The notes below the pieces were generated by a model. It was not told the DNA's origin. It saw only the letters and a program-made list of their open reading frames with translations, and did not search any database. From assembly GCA_963422735.1 (NCBI GenBank), contig OY730476.1:2624001-2688000 (forward strand): a stretch of DNA of 64,000 bases, in the 5' to 3' direction. This document shows positions 50,251-60,331 of the stretch, piece after piece; position 1 is the stretch's first letter, and the number at the start of each line of letters is the position of its first letter. The position numbers were made by a program, and so were the translations under genes. This DNA comes from Candidatus Latescibacterota bacterium (lineage in GTDB: Bacteria; Latescibacterota; UBA2968; UBA8231).

Positions 50251-51585
50251 ATGACCACCGACAGCATTTTCCACCGCGTCATTACCGATGATTGGCCGCA
50301 GATTTCCCACGGCAAAGACTGCTACCTCTACGCCGAAGACGGTCGCGCCTATCTCGATGCCTGCGCTGGCGTCCACGTGATCTCCATCGGCCACGGCGTC
50401 CCGGAGATAGCTGCGGTCATGCAGGAGCAGGCGAACAAGGTCTGCTTTACTTACGCTCGCTTCCTCACCCAACCGCAAATCGACCTCGCCGCCAAAGTCG
50501 CTGCCATGGCCCCCGGCGATCTCAACCGCGTCTTCTTCGTCTCCGGCGGCTCCGAAGCCACCGAGTCCGCGCTCAAGATCGCCCGCAAGTACCACGTCGA
50601 GACCGGCAACCCGAAGAAGTACAAAGTCATCACCCGCTGGCAGAGCTGGCACGGCAACACCATCGGCGCGCTTTCGATGTCGGGACGCTCCACTTGGCGC
50701 GAAGACTACGTGCCCTACTTGCTCGACTTCCCGCACATCACCTTTCCCCACCCGGAGCACTGCCCGTACTGCCAGGACCGGCCCGCCTGTACGCTGGCCT
50801 GTGCCGAAGAGTTGGAGCGGGTCATCAAACAGGAGGGCAGCGAGTACATCGCCGCCTTCATCGCCGAGCCGATCTCGGGTACTTCTTGCTGCGGCCTGAT
50901 GCCGCCGCCCTCCTACTTCCCCACCGTCCGCGCAATCTGCGACCGCTACAACATCCTGATGATTATCGACGAAGTCGTCACCGGCTACGGACGCACGGGT
51001 CTCAACTTTGGCATTGAGCACTGGGACGCCATTCCAGATATCATGGCCACCGGCAAGGGCCTCAGCAGCGGGTACACGCCCATTGCCGCCACCCTGGTCC
51101 GCGACGAGATCTACGACGGGATCTACAAACGGCAAAACCACTATGTCCACGGGCATACTTACGGCGGCAATCCGCTCTCTTGCGCGATTGCTCTCGCCGT
51201 GCAGGATTACATCCAAGCCCACGAACTAGTCGCTCGCTGCGCGCAGATGGGCGACCTGATGCTGGAGAAGATGCAGCCCTTAATGGACTCGCCCATAGTC
51301 GGCGCGGTGCGCGGCAAGGGCCTGCTCACTGGCGTAGAGTTCGCAAAGGACAAGGCGCCCCACACGCCCTTTGACCCCGCTCAGGGCGTGTCTGCCGCGG
51401 TCGTCAATCGCGCCTTTGCCAAAGGTGTGCTCATTATGCCCGGGTCGCCCGGGTTAATTGACGGCGTCAGCGGCGACCACATTGCCATCAGTCCGCCCTT
51501 TACCATTAGCGAAGAACAGGTCGAGGAAGTGGCACAGGTAATCGCGGATGTGGTTGGAGAAATGGAACGGGAGTTGGGATACTGA
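50251..51585 (+). CDS. Class III PLP-dependent aminotransferase
   Basis: FVSGGSEATE, SWHGNT, FIAEP, DEVVTGYGRTG, GKGLSSGY and HGHTYGGNP motifs. Confidence 0.92.
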   Translation: MTTDSIFHRVITDDWPQISHGKDCYLYAEDGRAYLDACAGVHVISIGHGVPEIAAVMQEQANKVCFTYARFLTQPQIDLAAKVAAMAPGDLNRVFFVSGGSEATESALKIARKYHVETGNPKKYKVITRWQSWHGNTIGALSMSGRSTWREDYVPYLLDFPHITFPHPEHCPYCQDRPACTLACAEELERVIKQEGSEYIAAFIAEPISGTSCCGLMPPPSYFPTVRAICDRYNILMIIDEVVTGYGRTGLNFGIEHWDAIPDIMATGKGLSSGYTPIAATLVRDEIYDGIYKRQNHYVHGHTYGGNPLSCAIALAVQDYIQAHELVARCAQMGDLMLEKMQPLMDSPIVGAVRGKGLLTGVEFAKDKAPHTPFDPAQGVSAAVVNRAFAKGVLIMPGSPGLIDGVSGDHIAISPPFTISEEQVEEVAQVIADVVGEMERELGY

Positions 51586-51632
51586 GGCAGAAAAAACGCC
51601 GCGCACAACATTCCCCTATGAGGAGGATTGCC

Positions 51633-52715
51633 ATGAAACTCGGCACCTTTATGATGCCCTTGCATCCCCCGGAAAAAGACCGCACCGAATGCTTTGCCGA
51701 AGATGTCGAGTTCGTCGTCCGCGCCGATCAGCTCGGCTTCACCGAGGCTTGGGTCGGCCAGCACCACACCGTCGCCTGGGAGCCGATTCCGTCCAACGAC
51801 CTCTTCATCGCCCACGTCCTGCCCCTGACGCAAAACATCCGCTTGGGCACCGGCGTCTCCATCATGCCACAGCACCACCCGGTCAATGTCGCGGTGCGGC
51901 TGGCCTTCCTCGACCACCTGTCCGAAGGCCGCTTCAACTGCGGTTTTGGCCAAGGTGGCGTCGCCACCGACTGGGGCCTTTTCGACCTGCCCGATCCCAA
52001 GACGCAAGGGCTGATGACCGTCGAGAGCATCGACATGGTCCTCAAGCTCTGGCAGGCGGAGGCCCCTTTTGACTTTGCGGGCGATTTCTACCGCATCAAA
52101 ATTGAGGAGCCGCAACCCGAACTCGGCATCGGCCAACTGCTCAAGCCCTACCAGCAGCCGCACCCGCCCATTGGCATGAGCGTAATCAGAGGCGACTCCA
52201 TGGCCGCGACTATGGCGGGCCAGCGGGGCTATCTGCCCATCAGCACCAACCTCGTCGCTCCTTCGACCTTGACCCAGCACTGGCAGACCTACAGCGCCGG
52301 GGCCACCGATGCCGGTCTGCCCGCGCCCGAGCGCACTCGCTGGCGCATCTCGCGCAGTATCCTCGTCGCCGATGACGAAGCCCGCGCTTGGGACTACGCC
52401 CTCGACGAGAAAAGTGCTTTCAACCGCGCCTTTGAATACCTAATCGCCGTACTCAGCAGTGCCAAAATGCTCTACATTACGAAGCACGACCCGGAGGTTC
52501 CCGACGAGGAGGTCACGCCCGAGTATCTGATCAGGAATCTGTGCATAATAGGCAGTGTCAAGTCGTGCGTAGATCAGCTAGCGGGTTTGTGGGAGACGAC
52601 CGGGGGCTTCGACACGCTGCTGATGATCGCCCACGACTGGGACGACCGGCCGCTATGGGAGCGCTCAATGGACCTGCTCGCTAACCAAGTCGTGTCGCAA
52701 TTGCCTGCGGTATAG
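51633..52715 (+). CDS. LLM-class (luciferase-like) flavin-dependent monooxygenase
   Basis: ADQLGFTEAWVGQHH, IRLGTGV, LDHLSEGR and PYQQPHPP motifs; GAGGAGG RBS. Confidence 0.9.
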   Translation: MKLGTFMMPLHPPEKDRTECFAEDVEFVVRADQLGFTEAWVGQHHTVAWEPIPSNDLFIAHVLPLTQNIRLGTGVSIMPQHHPVNVAVRLAFLDHLSEGRFNCGFGQGGVATDWGLFDLPDPKTQGLMTVESIDMVLKLWQAEAPFDFAGDFYRIKIEEPQPELGIGQLLKPYQQPHPPIGMSVIRGDSMAATMAGQRGYLPISTNLVAPSTLTQHWQTYSAGATDAGLPAPERTRWRISRSILVADDEARAWDYALDEKSAFNRAFEYLIAVLSSAKMLYITKHDPEVPDEEVTPEYLIRNLCIIGSVKSCVDQLAGLWETTGGFDTLLMIAHDWDDRPLWERSMDLLANQVVSQLPAV

Positions 52716-52807
52716 GGAAATGTAATTTTGGACTTCCTCTGCCCGCGAATTCCCCGTAAGCCGAAGCATAAATCAGCTACTGCATAGCAGACTTGAGGGG
52801 CGATAAT

Positions 52808-53372
52808 ATGCCCGAAACGATTCTCGACAGATGGGATATGACCCCAGAAGAGCTTACGGAGCTAGTAGAGGAAAATTCTAGCCTCCGAGGCATGATTTTG
52901 GGGACTTGGCAGAACTCAAGCTCGAAAAACTCTGGCTGTCGGGCGACAACGTTTCAGAGATTACCAAGCACGATGACCACGATAGGAAGAAGAAAGGCGA
53001 CCGAGTCATCCGGTACAAGGGCCAAGAGTTCATCTTTGAATCGAAATCGCTACAGAGCGCGATGATCGAGAAGACCGAAGAAGGATAGAAGGGAAAGACT
53101 CAAGTCGATGCGAGTGATCGCCGGGAGATAGTGCTTCCAGATAACAGCCTCTCAACAACAACGTGTCTGTATATTCTCGCCGTCAACGTATTTGCGTTTG
53201 AAGAGAAGTGGCGGTTTGTCTTCGCCAAGAACTCGGACCTTCCTACGTCTAGTTACCGGAAGCACACTCCATATCAGTGCCCGCATCTTTTGGCGACCCT
53301 TGGCCTCCGAGACCGCCATTCGGCGATGAGCCTTTCACGCTTATGAATGAGATTATTCAGAAGCGCATCTGA
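52808..53372 (+). pseudogene. Type II restriction-endonuclease-like pseudogene
   Basis: Fragments ENSSLRGMILG / AELKL..DDHDRKKKGD..FESKSLQ (PD-(D/E)xK-like) / QVDASDRR / ILAVNVFAF..WRFVFAKN, broken by frameshifts and a stop; convergent with a methyltransferase. Confidence 0.55.
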
Positions 53373-54149
53373 TGCGCGGTTTTTCCCTTGGGAACTTTTA
53401 CAAATACGAGAAAGTAGGAATGATTTTTCTAGCGTGGACCTGTTTGAGAACGCGGCTCATTCCAGGTTTGTTCGGGCGAACGACAACGAATAAATCTTTG
53501 CAGAAGAATCCAAGCTCGGCGTAGGCTTTGACGATCTCAACGTGGGTCAAGTTCTGGCGGTTCGCGCTGACCTCATCTTGACACTTTGCGATCAATACGC
53601 CTCGGTCGCGCAGCACTCGGTGGGCCTCGCGACCGCTATCCTCATAGAGTTCTACAACCGCAGCGTACCACTTCCCGCCGCCGCGCCTTGGTGCCTCATG
53701 CCCGTTGGAATAGTGGTCTCGAAAGGCATTGTGTGTCCCCGCGCCTGCTTTGATCGCGTTTCTACTGCGGAAGAATCCTTCCATGTAGGGCGGGTCGAGG
53801 ACGAGCGCATCGAATGACTCACTTTCATACGAGAGATTGCGACAGTCTGTGCCATCCGCGATATCTGACGGATGCAAGTCGTACTTTGAAGTATCGATGT
53901 TGCGCCAGAAGATGCCCTTGCCAAATGTCACATCGGCAATTTTGGCCCCTCCTCGATGTGCAGCCTTAAAACAGCCGGGAACACATCCGCGTTGTTTTTG
54001 ACGTAAGCGGAGAATACTAGGTTTGTCGTGGCGTTTCCATCTGGACTTTTCCGACCAGATGGTGTCCTGCCCCCGCTCATGCCAAAGTCAAGCTCTGGCT
54101 GACTCGAGTTCATGTCCTTTTTCTTGCTCCACTTTGTTAGCGGGCGCAT
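53357..54149 (-). pseudogene. Amino-DNA methyltransferase (N4-C/N6-A) pseudogene
   Basis: [11 protein letters not shown] and VLDPPY motifs; frameshifts near 53945 and near 53425. Confidence 0.65.
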
Positions 54150-54481
54150 TCTCCACTCTCCTAATTAGCAATAGTTCGGACATTTTTTTATGATTGGCCA
54201 CACAAGGCACAAAAACGGTCCCAAGTTCGCGTCCTTGGTGGATAAACCCTTGAGCGTCATAGCTCCAAGAACTGTCCGAACTATTGAATTAACTGAGCCA
54301 CATTGGTTTGCGTTGGCATTGGACAGACTTAAATTCACCGCGCCTGTCCTGCCTGAAGCAGGCGCGACAGGCCAAGAGGGGTTTGCAGACAGCTTCTAAG
54401 ATGCCTCTATCGACCTGTTAAAGCCTTCGCCTGTCGGCCTAATGCGATCATCCTCTGCAATGGACCGTAGCTGGGGCCTTG

Positions 54482-54838
54482 CTAAGAGCGCTGGATTGAC
54501 TCGAAAGCGTAGGCTGCGTAGCACTGCATGGACCGCAGCTTGGCCTCGGTGTCGGGCCGAGTGACGGACTTGAAGGCAATGTAGCGTCGCTCGGGAAACT
54601 TGCCGTAGGCCGCGTGAAAGAGGCTGTGGTGGAAAAAGACCACGTCGCCGGGCATTGTTTCCACCGCGCAGGAAGAGATGTCCTCGCCCCTCGCCCCGAA
54701 GCTGTCGCCGATCGTGCCGTCCTTGAAATGATGGGCTTGTAAGGGCCACAACCACTCGTGGAAGGGCATGCGATGCGAACCGGGGATTACCCGCAGCGCG
54801 CCCTGCTCTTTGGTGGTAGGCGTCAGGTAAATCATCAC
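54482..54838 (-). pseudogene. Phytanoyl-CoA dioxygenase (PhyH) family C-terminal fragment
   Basis: GALRVIPGSH and PGDVVFFHHSLFHA motifs; the N-terminal HxD region is missing. Confidence 0.7.
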
Positions 54839-54864
54839 TTTGAGCCGCCGATACTCAGTCTCTC

Positions 54865-55268
54865 GTGGCCGACGCCATGGCCGAGGTTGGCTTGGACCCC
54901 GAAACTATGGATCGCTACCCGCACGAGTTTTCCGGCGGTAAGCACCAGCGCATTGCCATTGCCCGCGCCATGGTCCTCAAGCCGTGCTTCGTGGCCCTCG
55001 ACGCGCCAACCGGCGCTTTGAACAAAACAGGGCAGGCGCAGATCGTCGAGCTTTTACTCCAACTCCAGCACCGCCACGGCTTGGCGTATCTGTTCATCAG
55101 TCGCGACTTGAAGGTGGTCCGCGCCTTGGCGAGGAACTGATTGTGATGAAGGACAGCCGAGTGGTTGAGCAGGGGCCGGCGCAGCGGATTTTCTCTGCGC
55201 CGCAGGCCGCTTATACGCGAGAACTGTTCGCGGCGGCTTTTGATATTGAGACCCGACGCGGAAGATGA
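54865..55268 (+). pseudogene. Peptide ABC transporter ATPase (YejF-like) C-terminal fragment
   Basis: RYPHEFSGGKHQRIAIARA, degenerate Walker B (LDAPT) and H-loop (ISRDL), frameshift near 55130; no Walker A. Confidence 0.75.
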
Positions 55269-55328
55269 GTAGATGGCGGCTCATAGCCTGCATGGACGCG
55301 GCCCGACGAGGCTCTTAAATTTGCCGCT

Positions 55329-56159
55329 ATGACTTCTACACCTTGGATCCCAGTCGAAGCTCCGATTGACCAAATCCTCACCCAGTACCCCGAGCCGCTG
55401 ATCGCCCTAGCGCGCGGCGAGGTGCCGGCCTTTGTGCTGCGCCAGCACTACAACCCCGCCCATTGCCGGGCACTGATGCGGCGCTTCTACGAGCGCAGCC
55501 TGCTCTACGACCCCCACGAGGTCGGCGACGGTCAAGCGCGTCGCGTTGATATTGGCACTAGTTTTGGCCACCACCACCGCGACCGCGACAAGTTCCACGC
55601 CCACTCCGCGGCGACGCTGGCGTTGTTCGAGACCCTCTTCGACGGCTATGATGATCCGGTCCGCACTATGTACGACGCCCTTGCCCAGCTCGCGCCCGGC
55701 AAAGCGGTCAAGACCGCGCGAGAGCCGGACGGTCGCCTCTACGGTCCGGCCATCTTCCGCTTCTATCACCGGGATACCGGCCACGGCCCGCACTACGACT
55801 CCGTCGCCAAGAGAACGCAAGCTTTCGAGTACCAGATTTCGCGTTTCAAATACCAGTTTGCCGGGGTTTTCTGCTTCCAGAATAGCACCAAAGAAGGCGG
55901 CACCGGTGAGCCGTACCTGTACAACTGTCCCTTTCGCCCTGCGCTCACCGAGCATCTAGGACGCGAGCGATTTGCTGCCTATGTCGCCCGCGAGAGCATC
56001 GAGCGCGTCCAAGTCCAGCTCGAACCCGGCGACCTCTACTTTTTCTTTAGCGAAAATATCCACGAGGTGCCCGCCATAGTCGGCGACCAGCCCCGGGCGG
56101 TGCTGGCTATCTTCTTTGCTATGTCCCCGGACGACGACGAGATCTACGTCTGGTCTTGA
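55329..56159 (+). CDS. Putative 2OG-Fe(II) oxygenase
   Basis: HYD, distal H and R pattern (GPHYDS, PGDLYFF..NIHEV..PR). Confidence 0.55.
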   Translation: MTSTPWIPVEAPIDQILTQYPEPLIALARGEVPAFVLRQHYNPAHCRALMRRFYERSLLYDPHEVGDGQARRVDIGTSFGHHHRDRDKFHAHSAATLALFETLFDGYDDPVRTMYDALAQLAPGKAVKTAREPDGRLYGPAIFRFYHRDTGHGPHYDSVAKRTQAFEYQISRFKYQFAGVFCFQNSTKEGGTGEPYLYNCPFRPALTEHLGRERFAAYVARESIERVQVQLEPGDLYFFFSENIHEVPAIVGDQPRAVLAIFFAMSPDDDEIYVWS

Positions 56160-56170
56160 TTTTCCGTAGC

Positions 56171-57538
56171 CTAAAAAACCCGCACCACCGTTCCGCGCTC
56201 CGCCGCCAGCCGTTCTTCTACCGCTTCCTTAGTAACCGGATTCTCCGGCCACTCCTCGGGTGCCACGTGCGACAGCCGCAACAACAGCCGCGCTAGCTGC
56301 CCGACGTATTCTTTTAACTCCCGCACGTTGAGCTTGTCGGCGGTGTCGGCTGGTTCGTGGTGGTAGTTGGAATCGGCATGCCGGCCGCTAAAGCGCCAGC
56401 GCCATAGATGCGCCGCGTCAATGCCCGTGCGCAAAAAGGGAAAATGGTCTGAAGTCGCGTCGAGTTGGGACATCACGTGGCACTTTAGCCCGCCGCCCAT
56501 CGCATCGAGTTGCGTTTGCACCAAGCCACGCAAATGCCCAAACGCCAGCACCACCCCCTTGATCGGCCCGGTCGATAGCTCGTCGAGATTGATCGCTATC
56601 CTCGGTTTTGCGACGCAATGTTGCCGCACGTATTCGATTGACCCTTGGAACATCTGCTCTTCGGCGCTGTACGTTGCAAAGCACAGGCTCATCCCCGGCT
56701 CGACTCCTAGCGCCGATTTTAGCCCAGCCAATACCCGCGCCGTCTCCAGCACCGCAATGGTCCCCGAGGCATTGTCGTTGCCCCCCGGTGCGCCGTAAAC
56801 CGTGTCGTGGTGCCCGCCCAACATCAGCCGCTCCCTAGGCCACCGCGCCCCGGGAATCGAGGCGACCACATTGTGCGCCGATGCCTGGTAAAACCGGCTC
56901 TCAACCGCCAGCTTGAGCCGCTGGCCCTCACTGGCCCACTTCTGCAACAGTGCCCCGTGTTCCCGCGAGGTCGTCACCGCTGGAATGGGCAACTCGGCGG
57001 TCTCCGGCTCGCGCCAATCGCCTCCGTTGTGGTACTCCACCCGCCGCCCGTCCTTTGGATCAATCGCCACCACTGCCACCGCGCCAGCGTCGAATAGCGT
57101 TTCGAGCCGTACATTGGGCGGAGAGGGCGCGGTAAAAGGCTCCAGCGCTAGGTGCATCACCGCGATGCTCCCTTTGAGTTGGCCGCGCACCCTGTCGATT
57201 TCGTGCTCCGTACCATATCCGGCATTGATGATCGGGGCTTCGAGGTCGCACGGCGGACAGCGATTATAGGGCAAGAGGTCAATCTCCAGATCCCCCACCG
57301 TTGCCTCTGCCCGTTTGTACGTCCAAGCATCCAACGCAAACTCCTCCAGCGCCGCATCGGTCAGTCCCGCCTGTGCAAACTGCTCCCGTAGGTACTCTAC
57401 CGCTTGGCGCTCCCCTTCCGAAGAAGCCCAGCGCGGCCCGATCTGCTCGCACAACACCTCCACGTGTTCGCCGATCTGCGAGCCGGTCCAAGCCTCGCCA
57501 AAAACCCAGCGGTCGATTTCCCGCCAATTCAGTTCCAT
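56171..57538 (-). CDS. M28 family aminopeptidase with PA domain
   Basis: GGHHD, GGNDNASG, SAEEQ, NLDE, SDHFPF and YHHEPAD; the metal ligands appear intact. Confidence 0.88.
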   Translation of the reverse strand: MELNWREIDRWVFGEAWTGSQIGEHVEVLCEQIGPRWASSEGERQAVEYLREQFAQAGLTDAALEEFALDAWTYKRAEATVGDLEIDLLPYNRCPPCDLEAPIINAGYGTEHEIDRVRGQLKGSIAVMHLALEPFTAPSPPNVRLETLFDAGAVAVVAIDPKDGRRVEYHNGGDWREPETAELPIPAVTTSREHGALLQKWASEGQRLKLAVESRFYQASAHNVVASIPGARWPRERLMLGGHHDTVYGAPGGNDNASGTIAVLETARVLAGLKSALGVEPGMSLCFATYSAEEQMFQGSIEYVRQHCVAKPRIAINLDELSTGPIKGVVLAFGHLRGLVQTQLDAMGGGLKCHVMSQLDATSDHFPFLRTGIDAAHLWRWRFSGRHADSNYHHEPADTADKLNVRELKEYVGQLARLLLRLSHVAPEEWPENPVTKEAVEERLAAERGTVVRVF

Positions 57539-57550
57539 CGCGTCCCTTTC

Positions 57551-57635
57551 TTAGTGGTTAGTGGTTAGTGGTTAGTCCTCCTTCCCCTAGGGCGGCGTGG
57601 GGGCTGGCCACTGGCCACTGGCCACTAACCACTGA
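57551..57635. repeat. Inverted heptamer tandem repeats (STRR-like hairpin)
   Basis: (TTAGTGG)x3 TTAGT at 57551-57576 and (CTGGCCA)x3 CTAACCA CTGA at 57604-57635; the arms pair with G-U wobbles. Confidence 0.75.
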
Positions 57636-57742
57636 TTTGCCATAGGATACTCAAATGTTGTTCCTCGACCAAAGGGGCGTTAGATTTCCCCAATATGGAC
57701 CCTTAGAACTCGGATTTTCCACGGTTTTGAAAGGTGCCACCG

Positions 57743-60331
57743 ATGAATATCCGCACGAAACTCTTCTCGCGCTTTGCGGTGGTCAGTGCAGTGCTTTGGT
57801 CGAATGGGGCCGAGGATTTGCTGGCTCAAGCAGGCCATCGGATCGACCGCAGTGCGAACCAAGTCGTCGTCGGACCCGACCACTGGGGACACTGGGAATT
57901 TGCACCCGGTACCATCCAGATTTCCCCACTCGGAGAAGTGCGGCCCAAGCGCGTTCGCAAAAACACCAACTCCGCGCTGGATATCGTCGATTTTCTGCGC
58001 TATAATCCTCCAGATTACCTCTCCAAGAAAGAGCCTGAAGACATCTCCCTCCTCGACGCCATTCAGGGTGGCTCCAACCGCGAAGGGGTCGTCGCCGCCC
58101 TAGACGGCGATTTGACCACGTACTGGGAACCCGATCCGGTCGATGAGAATGTATATCTGTCGTCTCAGTGGTGGTTTACCGTGGATTTGGGCCGCGTTGT
58201 CTTCATTGACAAAATCGCGCTAAAATTCGTCGAAGAGGGAATGGGCGATCCCTTTCTTTTATTTGATGTACTGGTGTCGGACGGACAGAAGCCAGTACAG
58301 GCAATCGGCGGGTCGAGCCTTGAGTTCTTTCCGGTGCTCCAGACGCTAAAGCCCAACAAAAGCCAGCGAACCTTTGAAGTCGAACTCGACCCGGTGGGGC
58401 TCGACCAGCGCCGGGCTGTGGGGCGCTTTGTCCAGGTGGTCGTGCAGGCCAGCGATTTTGGCCGCGGGCGAGAAGTCTCCTTAGGGGAATACGGCCAGCT
58501 ACCCGCCGAGGACCAAGGAATCGTCGAATATAGCAAGCGCCAAGCCGACGGGCGGGAGATCGTGGTCAAACAGGAAGTGTACGAGGCCCTCGATCCTCAG
58601 CGGCGAGGGGCGATACGCTACTTTCGGCGCGAGCGGCCCCGGTTGGCCGAACTCGAAGTCTGGACCCAAGGCGACGACTTGGCCGGTGGGGTCTTGCGGC
58701 GCAATGGCTCCATTTCTACCACGGTGCCTGGCAGCATCAATCCCCAACTGATGATCGACGGCGATGTGACCAGCGTAGAGGGACTGTCCCTCTTCAACAT
58801 CGAGAATCGGTTAGAGGACGAGTTGTTCATTGACTTGGGTTCATTCTTCTGGATCCACAGCCACAGGATGAGTTTCACGGAGTATGCCCTTGGGAACTAT
58901 CGGTTGGAATTTTCGGACGGTTCGCGGGAAGTAGATGGGGGCCTCGAGTGGAAAACTGCCGTGCGGCGCGAGCAAGTAAAGCGGAGCGTCGCCGGGGCCA
59001 TCAGCGTCGATGGCAATGACTTCGACCCGATAAAGGGGCGCTTTTTTCGCCTGGTGTTTGAAGTAGAACATGTGCGCCTTCCCAACCGAAGCGCTAGCCG
59101 GTTGAGCGAGATACAACTTTTTGGCGAGGGGTTTTTGCCAGAGGTGCAGCTCGAATCGGACCTGATCCGGTTGGGGGGCAGCCGCAACTTGGTCTCCCTC
59201 GAGTGGGACGCTCACACGCCTCCCGGCACCGAGGTACAGCTTCAGACCCGCACCGGCGACACCTTGGGCGAGATCTTGCACTACTTCAAAAAGGATGGAA
59301 CCGAGATCTCCGAAACGGCCTACAACAAACTATTGAGCATTTTTCGCGGCGAGATTGTGTCCGAGGAAGTCGCCGGCGCAGACTGGGAACCGTGGAGTGT
59401 ACCCTACGACGAGCCGGGCGGCAGCCCCATCACTTCGCCATCGCCGCGGGAGTTTCTCAAGGTGCGGGCTACGTTGCGCTCGGCAGCACCGGATGTGGCG
59501 GCGAGTCTGTCCGGGCTGCGGCTGCACTTCGCCGAGCCGGTGGCGCGGCGGCTCTTGGGGGAGGTCGTGCCCAGTCAGGTGGATCGGCTGGGGGCCGAGG
59601 CACCTTTTTCAGTGTATGTGCGACCCGAGTTTGGCGCAGGGGATGGGGGGTTCAACGAGTTGTTGTTGGAGGCACCGGCGGGCATGGAGCTAACGTATGA
59701 CGGATTGTTGGGGAGCGCGGACGGGGAGGATTTCTCACCATTGGCGGCGGAGGTGCTGGCCGCGGCGGCGGACCAGGTGCATTTGTCCTTTGCCTCGATG
59801 GAGCCGGGGAGCGAAGTGACGGTGTTGCGGATAGACTTTGCGGGGCGTCTGTTTTCCCGCGGTGGGCCTCTAAAAGTACAACTGCGTCAAGGAGAAGATG
59901 GGGAGGGGATCTGGCAGCGCGTCGATCGAGGGGAAGCGGTGGAGACTGTCGGCAGCAATCGGCTATTGGTGGTGGGGCAGCCGCAGCGGCGCTCGATTTT
60001 TGCGGATTTGGTGGTCGAGCCAGCGATATTGACGCCGAATGGGGATGGGGTCAACGACGAGGTGGCGTTGCGCTTTTCAGTGGTGTTAGTGGAGGGCAGT
60101 CAGCGGGTGGAGGCGACTATCTACGATTTGAGGGGACGCTTGGTGCGCCAGCTAGCCGAGCAGCGGGATTTTGCCTCGGGGATTTACGAAATGAGGTGGA
60201 ACGGAAGGAACGAAAAGGGAACGCTCGTGCCGCCGGGTGTGTACGTGATGCATTTGCGGCTGGATGCCAATACGTCGGGAGCTGAGCTGCGCGAGGAGGA
60301 ATTGGTCCGCACCCTAGCAGTAGCCTATTAG
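57743..60331 (+). CDS. Large secreted protein with discoidin-like segments and C-terminal FlgD-Ig domain
   Basis: Signal peptide; LDGDLTTYW..VDLG and LSEIQLFGEGF; C-terminal LTPNGDGVND..IYDLRGRLVR..WNGRNEKGTLVPPGVY. Confidence 0.75.
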   Translation: MNIRTKLFSRFAVVSAVLWSNGAEDLLAQAGHRIDRSANQVVVGPDHWGHWEFAPGTIQISPLGEVRPKRVRKNTNSALDIVDFLRYNPPDYLSKKEPEDISLLDAIQGGSNREGVVAALDGDLTTYWEPDPVDENVYLSSQWWFTVDLGRVVFIDKIALKFVEEGMGDPFLLFDVLVSDGQKPVQAIGGSSLEFFPVLQTLKPNKSQRTFEVELDPVGLDQRRAVGRFVQVVVQASDFGRGREVSLGEYGQLPAEDQGIVEYSKRQADGREIVVKQEVYEALDPQRRGAIRYFRRERPRLAELEVWTQGDDLAGGVLRRNGSISTTVPGSINPQLMIDGDVTSVEGLSLFNIENRLEDELFIDLGSFFWIHSHRMSFTEYALGNYRLEFSDGSREVDGGLEWKTAVRREQVKRSVAGAISVDGNDFDPIKGRFFRLVFEVEHVRLPNRSASRLSEIQLFGEGFLPEVQLESDLIRLGGSRNLVSLEWDAHTPPGTEVQLQTRTGDTLGEILHYFKKDGTEISETAYNKLLSIFRGEIVSEEVAGADWEPWSVPYDEPGGSPITSPSPREFLKVRATLRSAAPDVAASLSGLRLHFAEPVARRLLGEVVPSQVDRLGAEAPFSVYVRPEFGAGDGGFNELLLEAPAGMELTYDGLLGSADGEDFSPLAAEVLAAAADQVHLSFASMEPGSEVTVLRIDFAGRLFSRGGPLKVQLRQGEDGEGIWQRVDRGEAVETVGSNRLLVVGQPQRRSIFADLVVEPAILTPNGDGVNDEVALRFSVVLVEGSQRVEATIYDLRGRLVRQLAEQRDFASGIYEMRWNGRNEKGTLVPPGVYVMHLRLDANTSGAELREEELVRTLAVAY

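Noticed and set aside
54865-55268. Missing ATPase for the M28-FtsX system
   Set aside because: It is a degenerate dipeptide/YejF-type fragment about 36 kb away, not a MacB/LolD-type ATPase.
57551-57635. CRISPR array or telomere-like repeat
   Set aside because: The units are 7 bp with no unique spacers, and no cas genes are present.
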